A stretch of 51,692 nt of DNA, from positions 1 through 51,692 of the forward strand of contig JAKUTG010000001.1 in the NCBI GenBank assembly GCA_022447905.1, written 5' to 3'. The notes beneath the pieces are model-generated. The model made no database searches and was not told where the DNA came from. It was given only the letters and a program-made list of their open reading frames with translations. How positions within the stretch are numbered: the stretch's first letter is position 1; the number at the start of each line of letters is the position of its first letter. Source of the DNA: Pseudomonadales bacterium. GTDB lineage: Bacteria > Pseudomonadota > Gammaproteobacteria > Pseudomonadales > Pseudohongiellaceae. Shown here in pieces: positions 16,491 through 26,691 of the stretch. The position numbers were made by a program, and so were the translations under genes.

Positions 16491-16844
16491 TCAGGATTTA
16501 GTGGGAGGCTTGACAATCATGTCAGTTTTAGCCGCCATGATATAGTCATTTAGGTGTAAGCCACTAATCTTGTGTGTCCACCAGCACACAGTTACTTTGC
16601 CCCATTCGGTTAAAATCGAGGGGTGATGATTCTCCTGCTCTGAAAGGGTAGCGATTTTGTAGGTGAAGTTTAAGGCGTCCTTGAAATCTACGAAATGGAA
16701 TTCGCGTTTCAATTTTTCGACGCCATCATGAAATTCCCGTTTCCAGACAGGCACGCTCAGTAATAGTTCATTTGCCTGTTCTTCGGTAACCACTGGCGCA
16801 CCTAACTGACAGGTTTCGCAATGTTTTTCATACAGTGCTGACAT
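16491..16844 (-). CDS. phhB: 4a-hydroxytetrahydrobiopterin dehydratase
   Basis: The translation has FVDFKDALNFTYKIATLSEQENHHPSI....W.KVTVCWWTH. I chose the Met at 16844 as the start; the track ORF begins at 16862. Confidence 0.85.
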   Translation of the reverse strand: MSALYEKHCETCQLGAPVVTEEQANELLLSVPVWKREFHDGVEKLKREFHFVDFKDALNFTYKIATLSEQENHHPSILTEWGKVTVCWWTHKISGLHLNDYIMAAKTDMIVKPPTKS

Positions 16845-16845
16845 A

Positions 16846-17994
16846 TCAGAGGAATTCCTCAAGCACGCTGTTTAGTAAAGCATAGCCGATTTTGGTGGCG
16901 GAAACTCTGTTCCCGTTTGTTGAAAGAAAGCCTTTCGATGAGAGGTATTCTACCTTCTTTGCAATGGTGCTAAAAGGGACGCCGGTGCGCATCATAAACA
17001 GATCTGTCGAAAACCCCCGCTTGATACGTAATGCATTAAGAAGAAATTCCAGGGCTCTTTCTTCTTTGTGAATCTCTATGCTTTCAGCATCCCGATTACT
17101 GCTGTTATAAAGGTAATGAGTCGGCTGCTTTAGCTTACGTGTTCTAAATATAGTGTCGGTCTCTATATTGGTAAGTTTACCGTGGGCTCCAGCACCGATG
17201 CCGATGTAGTCGGCGAACTCCCAGTAATTAAGATTGTGAACACACTCCCTACCATGCTGCGCATATGCGGATACTTCATAACGATGAAAGCCGTGATCTT
17301 CCATAATTGACAACCCAATCTCCTGAACTTCTTGTATCAAGGATTCCTTTGGGAGTGAAGGTGGCTTTCGGTAGAATACTGTATTCGGCTCGATAGTCAG
17401 TTGGTACCACGATAGATGAGTTGGCGCATATTCGATGGCTGTGTTTAGATCATTAATTGCCTGGGTGCAGTCCTGTCCGGGGAGCCCATGCATTAGATCC
17501 AAATTCAAATTTTCAAAGCCCGCTTTTTTTGCTATTTCAATTGCGGCTTTTGCTTCTCGACTGTCATGGACTCGTCCCAATGCGCGCAGTTTTTCATCGT
17601 TAAAGCTCTGGACACCAATTGAGAGTCGGTTTATGCCTGCTGCTCGGAACTCTTCGAATTTGGTAGCTTCAACCGTCCCGGGGTTCGCCTCAAGAGTGAT
17701 TTCTGGAGACTTTGCAAGCGTGCTATTTTCTCTTATGTGACCTAGCAATTTTTCGAATGAAGCGGCATCAAACAGGCTAGGCGTTCCGCCGCCGATAAAG
17801 ATGGAACCAATCTCTTTGTTTTTAGCGCAGGGTATTCGTTCTAACTCGGCATCGAAATCCTCACACAAGGCCTTAATATATTCAGTTTGTGGTAACGCTG
17901 TATCGCTAGTGTGTGAATTAAAATCACAGTAAGGACACTTTCGTGTACACCAGGGAACGTGGACTTATAGACTTAGGGGCGGGGTTTCCAGCAT
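16846..17994 (-). pseudogene. hemW: Radical-SAM heme chaperone HemW, interrupted by an in-frame TAA at codon 10 (17965..17967)
   Basis: The frame reads ATG(17994) LETPPLSL-TAA-VHVPWCTRKCPYCDFNSH...ALCEDF...GGGTPSL.... The stop replaces the conserved Tyr of LY(V/I)H(V/I)PWC. There is no ATG, GTG or TTG between the stop and the CxxxCxxC cluster. The track ORF (16846..17868) therefore lacks the Fe-S motif. Confidence 0.75.
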
Positions 17995-18581
17995 TCCAGT
18001 AATTTTCGCAACGCCTGTCCGCGGTGGCTTAAGGAATTCTTAATCTCAGCATCTAATTGTGCTGACGTGCATCCGTGAGTTGGCACGTAAAAAAGAGGAT
18101 CGTAACCGAACCCGTTGCTTCCTCTTTCGGAAAACAGAATACGGCCTTCCCAGGTGCCCTGACAAATCAAAGGCATGGGATCCTTGTAATGAATAAGGTA
18201 TGCGATGACACATTGAAAGCGAGCTGTTCTGTCTTGTTCCGGTACCTGCTCTAGTTCTTGTAATAATTTAACATTGTTTTCAGCATCAGCAGTGGGACCG
18301 GATACGCTAGCGTATCGAGCTGAATAGATTCCCGGCTCACCGTCCAAAGCATCGACTTCTAAGCCGGAATCATCTGCGATTGCGGGTAAACCGGTTTCCA
18401 TGCAGGCATGTCGCGCTTTAATTAGAGCATTTTCAACGAAGTTGAGCCCGGTTTCTTCTACCTCAGTCACTTCTAGCTCTGACTGTGATATTAGGGCTAC
18501 TTTTTTCCTACTAAGCATTGAACGTAGCTCTATTAATTTTCCTGGGTTGCCACTGGCTAATACTACTTTTTGCCGATTCAA
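17973..18581 (-). CDS. rdgB: dITP/XTP pyrophosphatase (RdgB/HAM1 family)
   Basis: The translation has VLASGNPGKLIEL, DDSGLEVDALDGEPGIYSARY and GFGYDPLF. Confidence 0.95.
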   Translation of the reverse strand: MNRQKVVLASGNPGKLIELRSMLSRKKVALISQSELEVTEVEETGLNFVENALIKARHACMETGLPAIADDSGLEVDALDGEPGIYSARYASVSGPTADAENNVKLLQELEQVPEQDRTARFQCVIAYLIHYKDPMPLICQGTWEGRILFSERGSNGFGYDPLFYVPTHGCTSAQLDAEIKNSLSHRGQALRKLLECWKPRP

Positions 18582-19180
18582 GCAGATTCACCTCGGGTGA
18601 TGTGGTAGATCGCAATTTCCCCTAAAAAATTGGGCCAGGCTCTCATATACCAGCTTCCCTGGTGTTGAGAATCGACTACTGTCCTGGTCAGAACCTTGAT
18701 ATTTTTCTGAACACAGAGTTGATCAAAATCCTTCACAGTACAAAAGTGAATATTTGGTGTGTTGTACCACTGGTGAGGTATGAACTTGGAAATCGGCATG
18801 CGGCCCTTTATTGCGAGATAAAGTCTACTCTTCCAGTTTCCGAAATTAGGGAAGGTAACAATTCCGTTTCTACCGACTCGTAACATATCGTCGATGAGGG
18901 CATCGGGATTACTTAGAGCCTGGAGAGTTTGTGTCAACAATACTGTATCAAAGCCACCTGACTGAAAATTCGAGAGGCCTTGATCTAGGTTCTGTTCAAT
19001 AACATTGACACCATTTTCAATACAGCGCTCGATATTGGCTTCATCTATCTCGAGGCCAATCTCTCTCACACCCTTGCTGGTCTTTAGATAATGCAATAAG
19101 CCACCGTCACCGCACCCTAGGTCCATCACGCGGCTCCCTGGAGTAATCCATTTCTGAATGATTTCTAGATCAGGTCGCAT
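18578..19180 (-). CDS. metW: Methionine biosynthesis protein MetW
   Basis: The translation has [13 protein letters not shown] and a TFPNFGNW..R motif. The gene lies immediately downstream of metX and overlaps it. Confidence 0.95.
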   Translation of the reverse strand: MRPDLEIIQKWITPGSRVMDLGCGDGGLLHYLKTSKGVREIGLEIDEANIERCIENGVNVIEQNLDQGLSNFQSGGFDTVLLTQTLQALSNPDALIDDMLRVGRNGIVTFPNFGNWKSRLYLAIKGRMPISKFIPHQWYNTPNIHFCTVKDFDQLCVQKNIKVLTRTVVDSQHQGSWYMRAWPNFLGEIAIYHITRGESA

Positions 19181-20369
19181 CGCTAACGATCTCCTGGTGT
19201 ATTCGCTTCAGATATGCCGAAAATGCCTTTATATACCTCGGGATGGGAAGTAAGAACGCATCATGTCCTTGGTCGGCTTCTATCTCGAGGTAAGTCACTT
19301 CTTTGCCGGCTTTTAGCAGATCGTTGACTATTTCCCGAGAGCGTTCAGGCGGGAAGCGCCAATCCGAGCTAAAAGAGATCAACATGAATTTACAATTGCT
19401 GTCAGCAAATGCCTTACTGAGATCTCCGTCGAAGTCTACTGAGGGGTCGAAGTAATCTAACGCTTTAGTCATTAATAGATAGGTGTTGGCGTCAAAATTT
19501 TCGGAGAATCGTTCGCCCTGATAATGAAGGTAGCTTTCCACTTGGAAATCGACATTGAAACCAAAACTCAGTTTTCCTGTACGCAAATCACGGCCGAAGC
19601 TGGCTTGATCACTCTCAAAATCCGTAACGGATTTACCGAACTTGGCGCGCATGGCGCTATCGGACAGGTAGGTAATATGGCCCACCATACGCGCTAGCAT
19701 TAATCCTTGCTTAGGGTAAGTTCCTTCCTCTAGGTAATTACCCTCATGAAAATTTGGGTCGCTCGTTATGGAGTGTCGAGCTACTTCATTGAATGCTATA
19801 TTTTGCGCGGATAGCTTCGGCGCCCCCGCGATACAAATTGCATTAGCAAGCCGCGCCGGATAACTGATGGTCCAGCGTAACACCTGCATACCACCGAGAC
19901 TGCCACCAATCACGGCCGCCCATTTCTCAATACCCAGTCGGTCCATTAACATGACTTGGCTCTTGACCCAATCCCTTACGGTCACAACCGGAAAGTCTGG
20001 CCCATAGTGTTTACCGGTTTGTGGATTAATTGAAATTGGGCCGGTGCTACCGGCGCAGCCTCCTAGATTATTAAGGCATACCACGTAAAATAGCTGTGTA
20101 TCGATAGCTTTGCCGGGTCCGATACAACTCTCCCACCAACCCGCTTTACTTTCATCCATACTATGGTACCCGGCAGCATGATGATCGCCGCTCAATGCAT
20201 GGCAGATAAGAATGGCATTCGACTTGTTTGCGTTTAACTCACCATAAGCTTCCACCATTAAATCGAAGGCAGGTAATACCTTACCGCTGCGCAGAGTCAA
20301 CGGTTCGTCGAAATGGTATGCCTGGGATTCAACCAGGCCTACAGAATCTATTGGAATTGATTCGGGCAT
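19170..20369 (-). CDS. metX: Homoserine O-acyltransferase MetX (acetyl/succinyl)
   Basis: This is an alpha/beta hydrolase with the nucleophile elbow [17 protein letters not shown] and a C-terminal GHDAFL. Confidence 0.95.
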   Translation of the reverse strand: MPESIPIDSVGLVESQAYHFDEPLTLRSGKVLPAFDLMVEAYGELNANKSNAILICHALSGDHHAAGYHSMDESKAGWWESCIGPGKAIDTQLFYVVCLNNLGGCAGSTGPISINPQTGKHYGPDFPVVTVRDWVKSQVMLMDRLGIEKWAAVIGGSLGGMQVLRWTISYPARLANAICIAGAPKLSAQNIAFNEVARHSITSDPNFHEGNYLEEGTYPKQGLMLARMVGHITYLSDSAMRAKFGKSVTDFESDQASFGRDLRTGKLSFGFNVDFQVESYLHYQGERFSENFDANTYLLMTKALDYFDPSVDFDGDLSKAFADSNCKFMLISFSSDWRFPPERSREIVNDLLKAGKEVTYLEIEADQGHDAFLLPIPRYIKAFSAYLKRIHQEIVSDAT

Positions 20370-20394
20370 AATTTTGAAAAAAGGTGCCTAGCAA

Positions 20395-20691
20395 TTATTG
20401 CTGGGCATCCCGTATGAATGTTAGCGACACAGGGATTGTTGTGGGCCGCCTGATCCTTACTCGTTTTAGTCGGCTGGTATGACCGGTAACAATAGTAATA
20501 TCACTTTGATTGACTTGAAACTGTTTAGACAGAATCCTAACTAGTTTTTTGTTTACCTTACCGTCGATTGGTGCGGCTGGTAGGCGAATTTTCACGGTGT
20601 CACCCGCGATGCCTACGAATTTCCACTCGCGGGATACGGGCTGGATCTTGCAGCTCAGATATAATTTGTCTTCCTTCCAACGGCAGAGCAA
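20395..20691 (-). CDS. DUF167 family protein (YggU-like)
   Basis: The protein is 98 aa and contains ...KIRLPAAPIDGKVNKKLVRILSKQFQV..SDITIVTGHTSR.K. It sits in the conserved yggS-proC-yggT-yggU context. Confidence 0.85.
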   Translation of the reverse strand: MLCRWKEDKLYLSCKIQPVSREWKFVGIAGDTVKIRLPAAPIDGKVNKKLVRILSKQFQVNQSDITIVTGHTSRLKRVRIRRPTTIPVSLTFIRDAQQ

Positions 20692-20707
20692 CTTACATTC
20701 CTGCGTA

Positions 20708-21307
20708 TTATATTCCTATGACCACGGCTGTCAGTTGTTCGGTTATGCCGAATGTCCGGATTAGAGCGTTCTGGATCAGTCTAATGATGATGAAAATAAA
20801 AATAGGTGAGAAATCAAGTCCTCCAATAGGAGGCACTACTTTACGCACCGGGGCCATTACTGGTTCGGTTAGTTGCCAGATCAACCGAAGAATGGGATGA
20901 GGATTCACGCTGCCCGAGAACAACATAACAAACGACATGATTATAGATGCGATAATCGCATAGTAATAGATGTTAATTGTGAAATAGATAACGCCGACGA
21001 ACGCCCAGGTTACAATGAATCTGATACCGGGAATGCCACCACCGTAAAGAAGTATCAAGACGCATATTGCAGCGGCTTCGACGACAAGAGCCAGTATCAG
21101 GCTGGAAAAATCGATCCCTAGGTACCCTGGAATGAAACTTCGAAACAACTTAACGGCAGGATCTGTCAACCGGATCACGGCCTGTGATACTGGATTATAG
21201 AAATCTGCCTTGGCAATTTGTAGCAGGAAACGAAGTAGAATCGCTAAGAGATAGAGTCCTCCAAGCGCATTAAAGATTAATGCGGCTGAACTATTTAATA
21301 CACTCAT
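20708..21307 (-). CDS. yggT: YggT family membrane protein
   Basis: This is a multi-TM protein of 199 aa with two YggT repeats (PVRKVVPPIGGLDFSPI). It lies downstream of proC. Confidence 0.85.
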   Translation of the reverse strand: MSVLNSSAALIFNALGGLYLLAILLRFLLQIAKADFYNPVSQAVIRLTDPAVKLFRSFIPGYLGIDFSSLILALVVEAAAICVLILLYGGGIPGIRFIVTWAFVGVIYFTINIYYYAIIASIIMSFVMLFSGSVNPHPILRLIWQLTEPVMAPVRKVVPPIGGLDFSPIFIFIIIRLIQNALIRTFGITEQLTAVVIGI

Positions 21308-21319
21308 TTCAAAATCCTG

Positions 21320-22144
21320 CTACTTGTTTCCAAACTCATTTGCTAATTCTATAGATCGGTCGCGTGCTGCCTGTAAGGCTCGCTCAACCAGTTCCTTTAA
21401 TTTTCCTTCTTCAAACATATTCAATGCCCGTTCAGTTGTGCCGCCCGGTGAGGTAACGTTGCGTCGTAATTCTGAAACATCTTCTTCGCTACTTATAGCT
21501 AACTCGGCTGCACCAGCCGCTGTTTGATACACGAGCGCATTCGCCGTTTCATCACTCAGCCCCATTTCTCGTGCGGTATCCCTCATAGCCTCTATAAAAA
21601 GGAAAAAGTAAGCCGGACCACTTCCTGATACAGCTGTTACCGTGTCTATATCTGATTCATCATCTACCCAAATGCATGTACCCACGGCTCTCATCAGCAT
21701 TTCCGCAAGCTCCTTTTGGCGGCCAGAAACATTCGCATTGGCAAAAAGGCCGCTAATTCCCTCACCGATAAGGGCAGGAGTATTCGGCATGCAACGCACG
21801 ATAGCATGCTGGCACCCCAGCCAATTTTGCAGGAGCCCAGTAGTTATACCAGCAGCGATGGAAACGATTAGCGGTGATGTTGCGCTTTTATCCATTTCTA
21901 AGTCAGAACAGACTCTTTTCATGACTTGGGGTTTTACGGCCAGTAACATTACATCGGCAGAATCAGCGATTTGTTGGTTGGTGGTAGCAGATACCCCGCA
22001 GCTTTTTGCCAGCTCTTGCAACTTTTTTTCATCGATATCAGAAGCTAAAATCAAAGACGGAGTCACGCCTTTCGCCAACAATCCACGGATCAAACTACTC
22101 GCCATGTTGCCTGCGCCGATAAAGCCTATTGTGTCGCTGTTCAC
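21320..22144 (-). CDS. proC: Pyrroline-5-carboxylate reductase
   Basis: The translation has IGFIGAGNMASSLIRGL, LAVKPQ and VTSPGGTTERAL. Confidence 0.95.
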   Translation of the reverse strand: MNSDTIGFIGAGNMASSLIRGLLAKGVTPSLILASDIDEKKLQELAKSCGVSATTNQQIADSADVMLLAVKPQVMKRVCSDLEMDKSATSPLIVSIAAGITTGLLQNWLGCQHAIVRCMPNTPALIGEGISGLFANANVSGRQKELAEMLMRAVGTCIWVDDESDIDTVTAVSGSGPAYFFLFIEAMRDTAREMGLSDETANALVYQTAAGAAELAISSEEDVSELRRNVTSPGGTTERALNMFEEGKLKELVERALQAARDRSIELANEFGNK

Positions 22145-22252
22145 CCTGTCTCCTTGGCCACAATGTGCGGCTCGTGCGGGCTATTCTATCTCAATCGCCG
22201 GGGGCTGGATAATCCGAAATGGTCACTTAAAAAAATAATTAAGGATTAAGAT

Positions 22253-22936
22253 TTATGCACGCGGCCCAAAAATGGCAGAGCCCAACCGCACCATGGTGGA
22301 ACCTTCAGCTACAGCTGCTTCAAAGTCATTAGTCATACCCATAGAAAGTGTATCCATCGATGTGTAACTTTTTTTGAGGGCTTCAAATGCCAGCTTTAGC
22401 TGGTGGAAGCAGTTACGTTGGGACTCTAGATCTGGCAGTGGAGCTGGTATCGCCATCAGACCGCGCAACCGAAGATTAGGCAGTGAGGTAATAACGCTGC
22501 ACACGTTTTTGGCGGGGTCTAGCTCGGCGCCGGATTTGTTTTTTTCATTTGACAAGTTGATCTGCACGCACACGTTAAGTAGGGGGCGAGATTCTGGGCG
22601 CTGATCATTTAAGCGGCGAGCGATCCTCTCCTGGTCGATGCTATGCACCCAGTCGAAGTGTACTGCAATTTTCCGGGTTTTGTTGGCCTGGATCGAGCCG
22701 ATGAAATGCCAGCTCAGATCCAGGCCAGTCAGATTTTTGATCTTCTGTTCGGCTTCTTGGAAGTAGTTTTCTCCAAAATCCCGGATTCCAGCTGTCGCCG
22801 CCTGGCGAATTTTGTCTTCGGAATGTTTCTTGCTTACGGCAAGCAAACTGACGGAACCAGCTGGGCGCCTGTAGCTCTCCTCAAACCCTCTGATTTTTAG
22901 GCTCACTTCTGAAATATTTTCTGCGATACTAGCCAA
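22253..22936 (-). CDS. yggS: YggS family pyridoxal-phosphate homeostasis protein
   Basis: The translation has LLAVSKKHS (PLP Lys), [26 protein letters not shown] and VRLGSAIFG. The start appears to be TTG. Confidence 0.9.
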   Translation of the reverse strand: MASIAENISEVSLKIRGFEESYRRPAGSVSLLAVSKKHSEDKIRQAATAGIRDFGENYFQEAEQKIKNLTGLDLSWHFIGSIQANKTRKIAVHFDWVHSIDQERIARRLNDQRPESRPLLNVCVQINLSNEKNKSGAELDPAKNVCSVITSLPNLRLRGLMAIPAPLPDLESQRNCFHQLKLAFEALKKSYTSMDTLSMGMTNDFEAAVAEGSTMVRLGSAIFGPRA

Positions 22937-23023
22937 GTTGTTACCAGATATTTAACCTTGATGAGCTCGGGAAATTGGTTGACGGAAAGCTAATATAATG
23001 GGCGTCATCATTGATTGCGTCAG

Positions 23024-23485
23024 TTAATTTTGGCTTTTCGCATTGAATTCCGAAAACCAATTTTCGAGGATGATCTGTGCCGCTATGTCGTCGATGGTGG
23101 TTTCTTTCCTGGTGCTATGGGTGGCCGTAACGATTTTTTCAATCGCCGCTTTGGAAGAGAGGCGTTCGTCCATCCCAAAACTGGGGAGGTTAAAGCGACC
23201 ATTCAACCGGTAAGCAAATCTGATAGCGCGCAAAAGCAATTCGCTCTCGGTACCATCGAGGTTGTAGGGTAAGCCAACTACAAACAGGCCCGGTTTCCAT
23301 TCGTCGATCAGTCTTTGAATTTGATTCCAATCAGGAATCCCATCTTTGGCCTTAAGTACAGCGACAGCTTTTGCTGTTGCTGAAATGCTTTGTCCAAAGG
23401 CGACTCCAATGCGCTGTGTTCCATAATCAAAGGCCAGCGCCGTAACTGGCTCGTCGCAATTACTTGGCAGTATGTCTATTATCAT
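23024..23485 (-). CDS. ruvX: Holliday junction resolvase-like nuclease RuvX (YqgF)
   Basis: The translation has ALAFDYGTQRIGVA and DERLSS..A. Confidence 0.9.
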   Translation of the reverse strand: MIIDILPSNCDEPVTALAFDYGTQRIGVAFGQSISATAKAVAVLKAKDGIPDWNQIQRLIDEWKPGLFVVGLPYNLDGTESELLLRAIRFAYRLNGRFNLPSFGMDERLSSKAAIEKIVTATHSTRKETTIDDIAAQIILENWFSEFNAKSQN

Positions 23486-23511
23486 AGTATCGGTTTATAG
23501 AATTGGCGGTT

Positions 23512-24099
23512 TCAGGAGTGACCGGCTTCGGGAGATATCTGTTGAAGGTTTATTCCCAAAAGGCTTGCCGCCGCTTCGGCTTTACCATTGTAATTATCGG
23601 AGAAAATAAGTTCTGCATTAGCCGGAGTGGTTAGCCAGGTGTTTTCAGTAATCTCTCTTTCTAGCTGGCCAGCTTCCCAACCGGCACATCCGAGGGCCAC
23701 AAGGTAATTTTCAGGGCCGGACCCCTTGGCGATATCCTGCAGGATTGTCCTCGATGTGCAAATAGTTATCTCCGGCGTAACTTCGATAGAAGATTCCCAC
23801 TGCTGCCCAGCATCGTGGATGATGAAACCCTTGTCTCGCTCGACCGGGCCTCCCGCTAACACAGGCCGTTCCCGAAAAAGGCTATTCTCGGTAGAACATA
23901 TGATATCTAATTCAGCGAAGATATCGGCCACACAGGCTTTTAAAGGTTTGTTAATAACAATGCCCAGCGCACCTTCTTCATTGTGTTTCCAGAGGTAGGT
24001 CACCGTATTTGTAAAATAAGGGTCCAGCATCTGCGGCATGGCGATAAGGAACTGATTCTCGAGATATCTTGTGTGAATGTTATCGTTCATGAAACTCAA
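23512..24099 (-). CDS. yqgE: YqgE/AlgH family protein
   Basis: The translation has FLIAMPQMLDPYFTNTVTYLWKHNEEGALGIVINKP and GGPV...GFIIH. Confidence 0.9.
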   Translation of the reverse strand: MSFMNDNIHTRYLENQFLIAMPQMLDPYFTNTVTYLWKHNEEGALGIVINKPLKACVADIFAELDIICSTENSLFRERPVLAGGPVERDKGFIIHDAGQQWESSIEVTPEITICTSRTILQDIAKGSGPENYLVALGCAGWEAGQLEREITENTWLTTPANAELIFSDNYNGKAEAAASLLGINLQQISPEAGHS

Positions 24100-24115
24100 C
24101 CGGTAGAGGCTTGAT

Positions 24116-24991
24116 TTAGAAACTAGTCAGGGCATTGCCCTCATGGAACTGCCAGGTCCGAATAATCTCGAGTATATCAACTTCGTCGCGCATTGCCTGC
24201 GGGAACGGCTGGAAAGGCGCTGCTAGTTCTACAATCTCAATAGCAGCCTGATCTAGAACTTTGTGTTGGGAGGGTTTCATGACCTGGATTCTTTTAACTT
24301 CTCCATTAGGGAGCAGGGCTACTAACAACCTCAGGCTGCCATAGATTTGTTCTCTCCTTGCCTCCTCGGGGTAGTTGATATTGCCAATTGCTTCGATGCG
24401 TCGGCGCCAGTTGTCAAGATAGAGAGCGTCATGGCTCTTTTTAGTAGATGCTGATGAAATCGTGTATCGGCGGGGGCGCTTGTCATAGGCTTGTCTTCGT
24501 ATATTTAGTTGTTCCTGCATACTCGTAATGGCGACGCTCAGTTTTTTCGAAGTTGATTCTTCAGAAGCCGGTTGCTGTTTTTCCGGCTCTAGCACTTCCA
24601 GCTGTTGATTGATCTTATCTTTTCCTGCGGATGTAGAGATGATGGCAATATTCTGCATTTCCGCTTCATTAGCTATGTCGACCACACCGGGTACTGGCAG
24701 AACTTTCTGGATAAGATTATTGTTAAAATCTAATTTAAAAGGCTTAATGGGGGCCAAAGCTTCATCAATAGCTCTGTCGCCATTCTGGCTTTCGCGTGTC
24801 TCGAAGCGGACATCGTCTGGAGGGAGGATGCTGTGGTGTTGGGCGAAAGTAAGCTCTAACGCATTATTGTTGTTAAGCTTTCCAAAATAAGTAAAGCTAA
24901 CGCCAAGAATAACAATCGCATGAAAACAGACAGAGAGGAAAATGGTAAAACCAAAACGTTCTCTTGAAAGATCTTCATCGGCGGTGGCCAT
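24116..24991 (-). CDS. tonB: Energy transducer TonB family protein
   Basis: An N-terminal TM anchor is followed by a charged linker. The C-terminal TonB domain reads YPEEARREQIYGSLRLLVALLPNGEV...S.HKVLDQAAIEIV. Confidence 0.85.
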   Translation of the reverse strand: MATADEDLSRERFGFTIFLSVCFHAIVILGVSFTYFGKLNNNNALELTFAQHHSILPPDDVRFETRESQNGDRAIDEALAPIKPFKLDFNNNLIQKVLPVPGVVDIANEAEMQNIAIISTSAGKDKINQQLEVLEPEKQQPASEESTSKKLSVAITSMQEQLNIRRQAYDKRPRRYTISSASTKKSHDALYLDNWRRRIEAIGNINYPEEARREQIYGSLRLLVALLPNGEVKRIQVMKPSQHKVLDQAAIEIVELAAPFQPFPQAMRDEVDILEIIRTWQFHEGNALTSF

Positions 24992-25012
24992 TTGAATTCC
25001 TCTCTTCGTAAC

Positions 25013-25975
25013 TTAATTTGCCTGCTCTGTATTCAGTTTTTGCTGGATACAATCCATGAGGCTACTTGCGATATTTAGGTTAAAAGCACGATCGATTTCC
25101 CTTACGCATGTGGGGCTGGTGACATTTATTTCGGTGAGATAGTCTCCGATGACGTCCAGCCCGACAAAGAGCAACCCTCTTTCTTTCAAAATAGGGCTAA
25201 CCTGGTCGCAAATCCAGCGATCTCTTTCGCTAAGTTCTTGGGCTATACCGTTGCCTCCAGCAGCGAGATTGCCACGTGTTTCTCCTGTCGCGGGAATGCG
25301 TGCTAGTGCGTACTCTACTGGGCTCCCATCTATCATGAGTATTCGTTTATCCCCATTCTCTATCTCGGGAATGAATTTCTGGGCCATGATTTGTCGATTA
25401 CCGCCTTCAGTAAGAGTTTCGATAATAACGCTTGAGTTCGAATCGTCATTCTTTACACGGAAAATGGATGCTCCGCCCATGCCATCTAGCGGTTTATATA
25501 TTACGTCCTCGTGCTCTTGATGGAATGCCTTTAGTTTTTCTTCGGAACTTGCGACTAGGAATGGTGGGCAGCAATGGGGAAATTGGGTGGAGAATATCTT
25601 CTCATTACAATCACGCAGGCTTTGTGGGTCATTCACAATGAGCACGCCATCTTGTTGAGCCCGTTCCAGCAGGTATGTCGTATACACATAGTCAAGATCA
25701 AATGGTGGATCCTTTCGCATAAGTATGACATCCAGTTCTGTAAGGGCTTGATCGCTTTTGCTCCCGAACGTAAACCATTTCTTTTCGTCGTCCATGACAG
25801 ACAGAGTTTGCATCCTTGCAAATACCTCTCCCTGATCCATGTAGAGATCTGATTGCAGCATATAGTGAATTACCCAGCCACGACTCTGCGCTGCCAGCAA
25901 CATTGCCAGTGTTGTATCCTTCTTCACAACAATGGATTCAATAGGATCCATCACTACACCAAGTTTGATACTCAT
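25013..25975 (-). CDS. gshB: Glutathione synthase
   Basis: The N-terminus is MSIKLGVVMDPI. An ATP-grasp C-terminal half follows (KPLDGMGGASIF, EINVTSPT). Confidence 0.95.
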   Translation of the reverse strand: MSIKLGVVMDPIESIVVKKDTTLAMLLAAQSRGWVIHYMLQSDLYMDQGEVFARMQTLSVMDDEKKWFTFGSKSDQALTELDVILMRKDPPFDLDYVYTTYLLERAQQDGVLIVNDPQSLRDCNEKIFSTQFPHCCPPFLVASSEEKLKAFHQEHEDVIYKPLDGMGGASIFRVKNDDSNSSVIIETLTEGGNRQIMAQKFIPEIENGDKRILMIDGSPVEYALARIPATGETRGNLAAGGNGIAQELSERDRWICDQVSPILKERGLLFVGLDVIGDYLTEINVTSPTCVREIDRAFNLNIASSLMDCIQQKLNTEQAN

Positions 25976-26166
25976 TGGGAAATTCTCTGCCTGGGAACGG
26001 TTTAACTAGTTGAGCCGATTGGCTTGGAATTGTTATACAAAATCATATCTCACTTTATTGCTAGAAGCGATGTCATGGAAATAGAGTGACTGACAGGCTT
26101 CGATTTTTGGGTGCATACAATGCGTCTGGTCTATAATAGACGTTTTTCAGTAGGTGTTGCTAGACA

Positions 26167-26676
26167 GTGAAAGTATTAGGATTTACTTGGGGTGTGGGCG
26201 GTGTACTATTGTTATTGCTGTTCGCAATTTATCGATTAGCCCCAATGGCTTTGGCTCTCGAGGATTCAACGATGACTCTTTTGCACTGGACAGTCTTGGC
26301 TTTCTTCGTTGCCTACATGGCTTACACAGAGGGGTATAAGGGGTTTCACCATGGTTTCGCGCCCCGCTTAGTAATTCGGGCAATTTATTTGCGGAATAAT
26401 CCCCGTATTCTTCATGTTCTACTCGCCCCTTTGTTTTGCATGGGATACATCTACGCCACTAGAAAGCGTAAAATTATTTCAATTGGTCTCACGCTGATGA
26501 TCATTTGCTTTATTTTGATTGCTCGCATACTGCCACAACCTTGGCGGGGCATCATCGATGCTGGGGTGGTTGTTGGTCTTAGCATTGGTATAATTTCTAT
26601 CACCTACTTTATTTTTTTGGCTATTCTTAATCCCCAAGCTATCGAAATATCTGCTGAACTATCCGATGACGCATAA
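26167..26676 (+). CDS. Hypothetical polytopic membrane protein at the head of the glycosyltransferase island
   Basis: The protein is 169 aa with about 5 hydrophobic helices and I recognised no family. The start is GTG, with AGGTG about 11 nt upstream. Confidence 0.55.
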   Translation: MKVLGFTWGVGGVLLLLLFAIYRLAPMALALEDSTMTLLHWTVLAFFVAYMAYTEGYKGFHHGFAPRLVIRAIYLRNNPRILHVLLAPLFCMGYIYATRKRKIISIGLTLMIICFILIARILPQPWRGIIDAGVVVGLSIGIISITYFIFLAILNPQAIEISAELSDDA

Positions 26677-26691
26677 CGAGATAACAAAACC

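Noticed and set aside
21642-22238. 198-aa ORF antisense to proC, with similar long antisense or alternate-frame ORFs at 6292..6735, 7304..7822, 13330..13737, 15857..16231, 25149..25520 and 44773..45117
   Set aside because: Each lies wholly inside a gene with clear family motifs on the other strand or in another frame. Their translations are Ser/Arg/Pro-rich with no recognisable motifs, which is typical of shadow ORFs.
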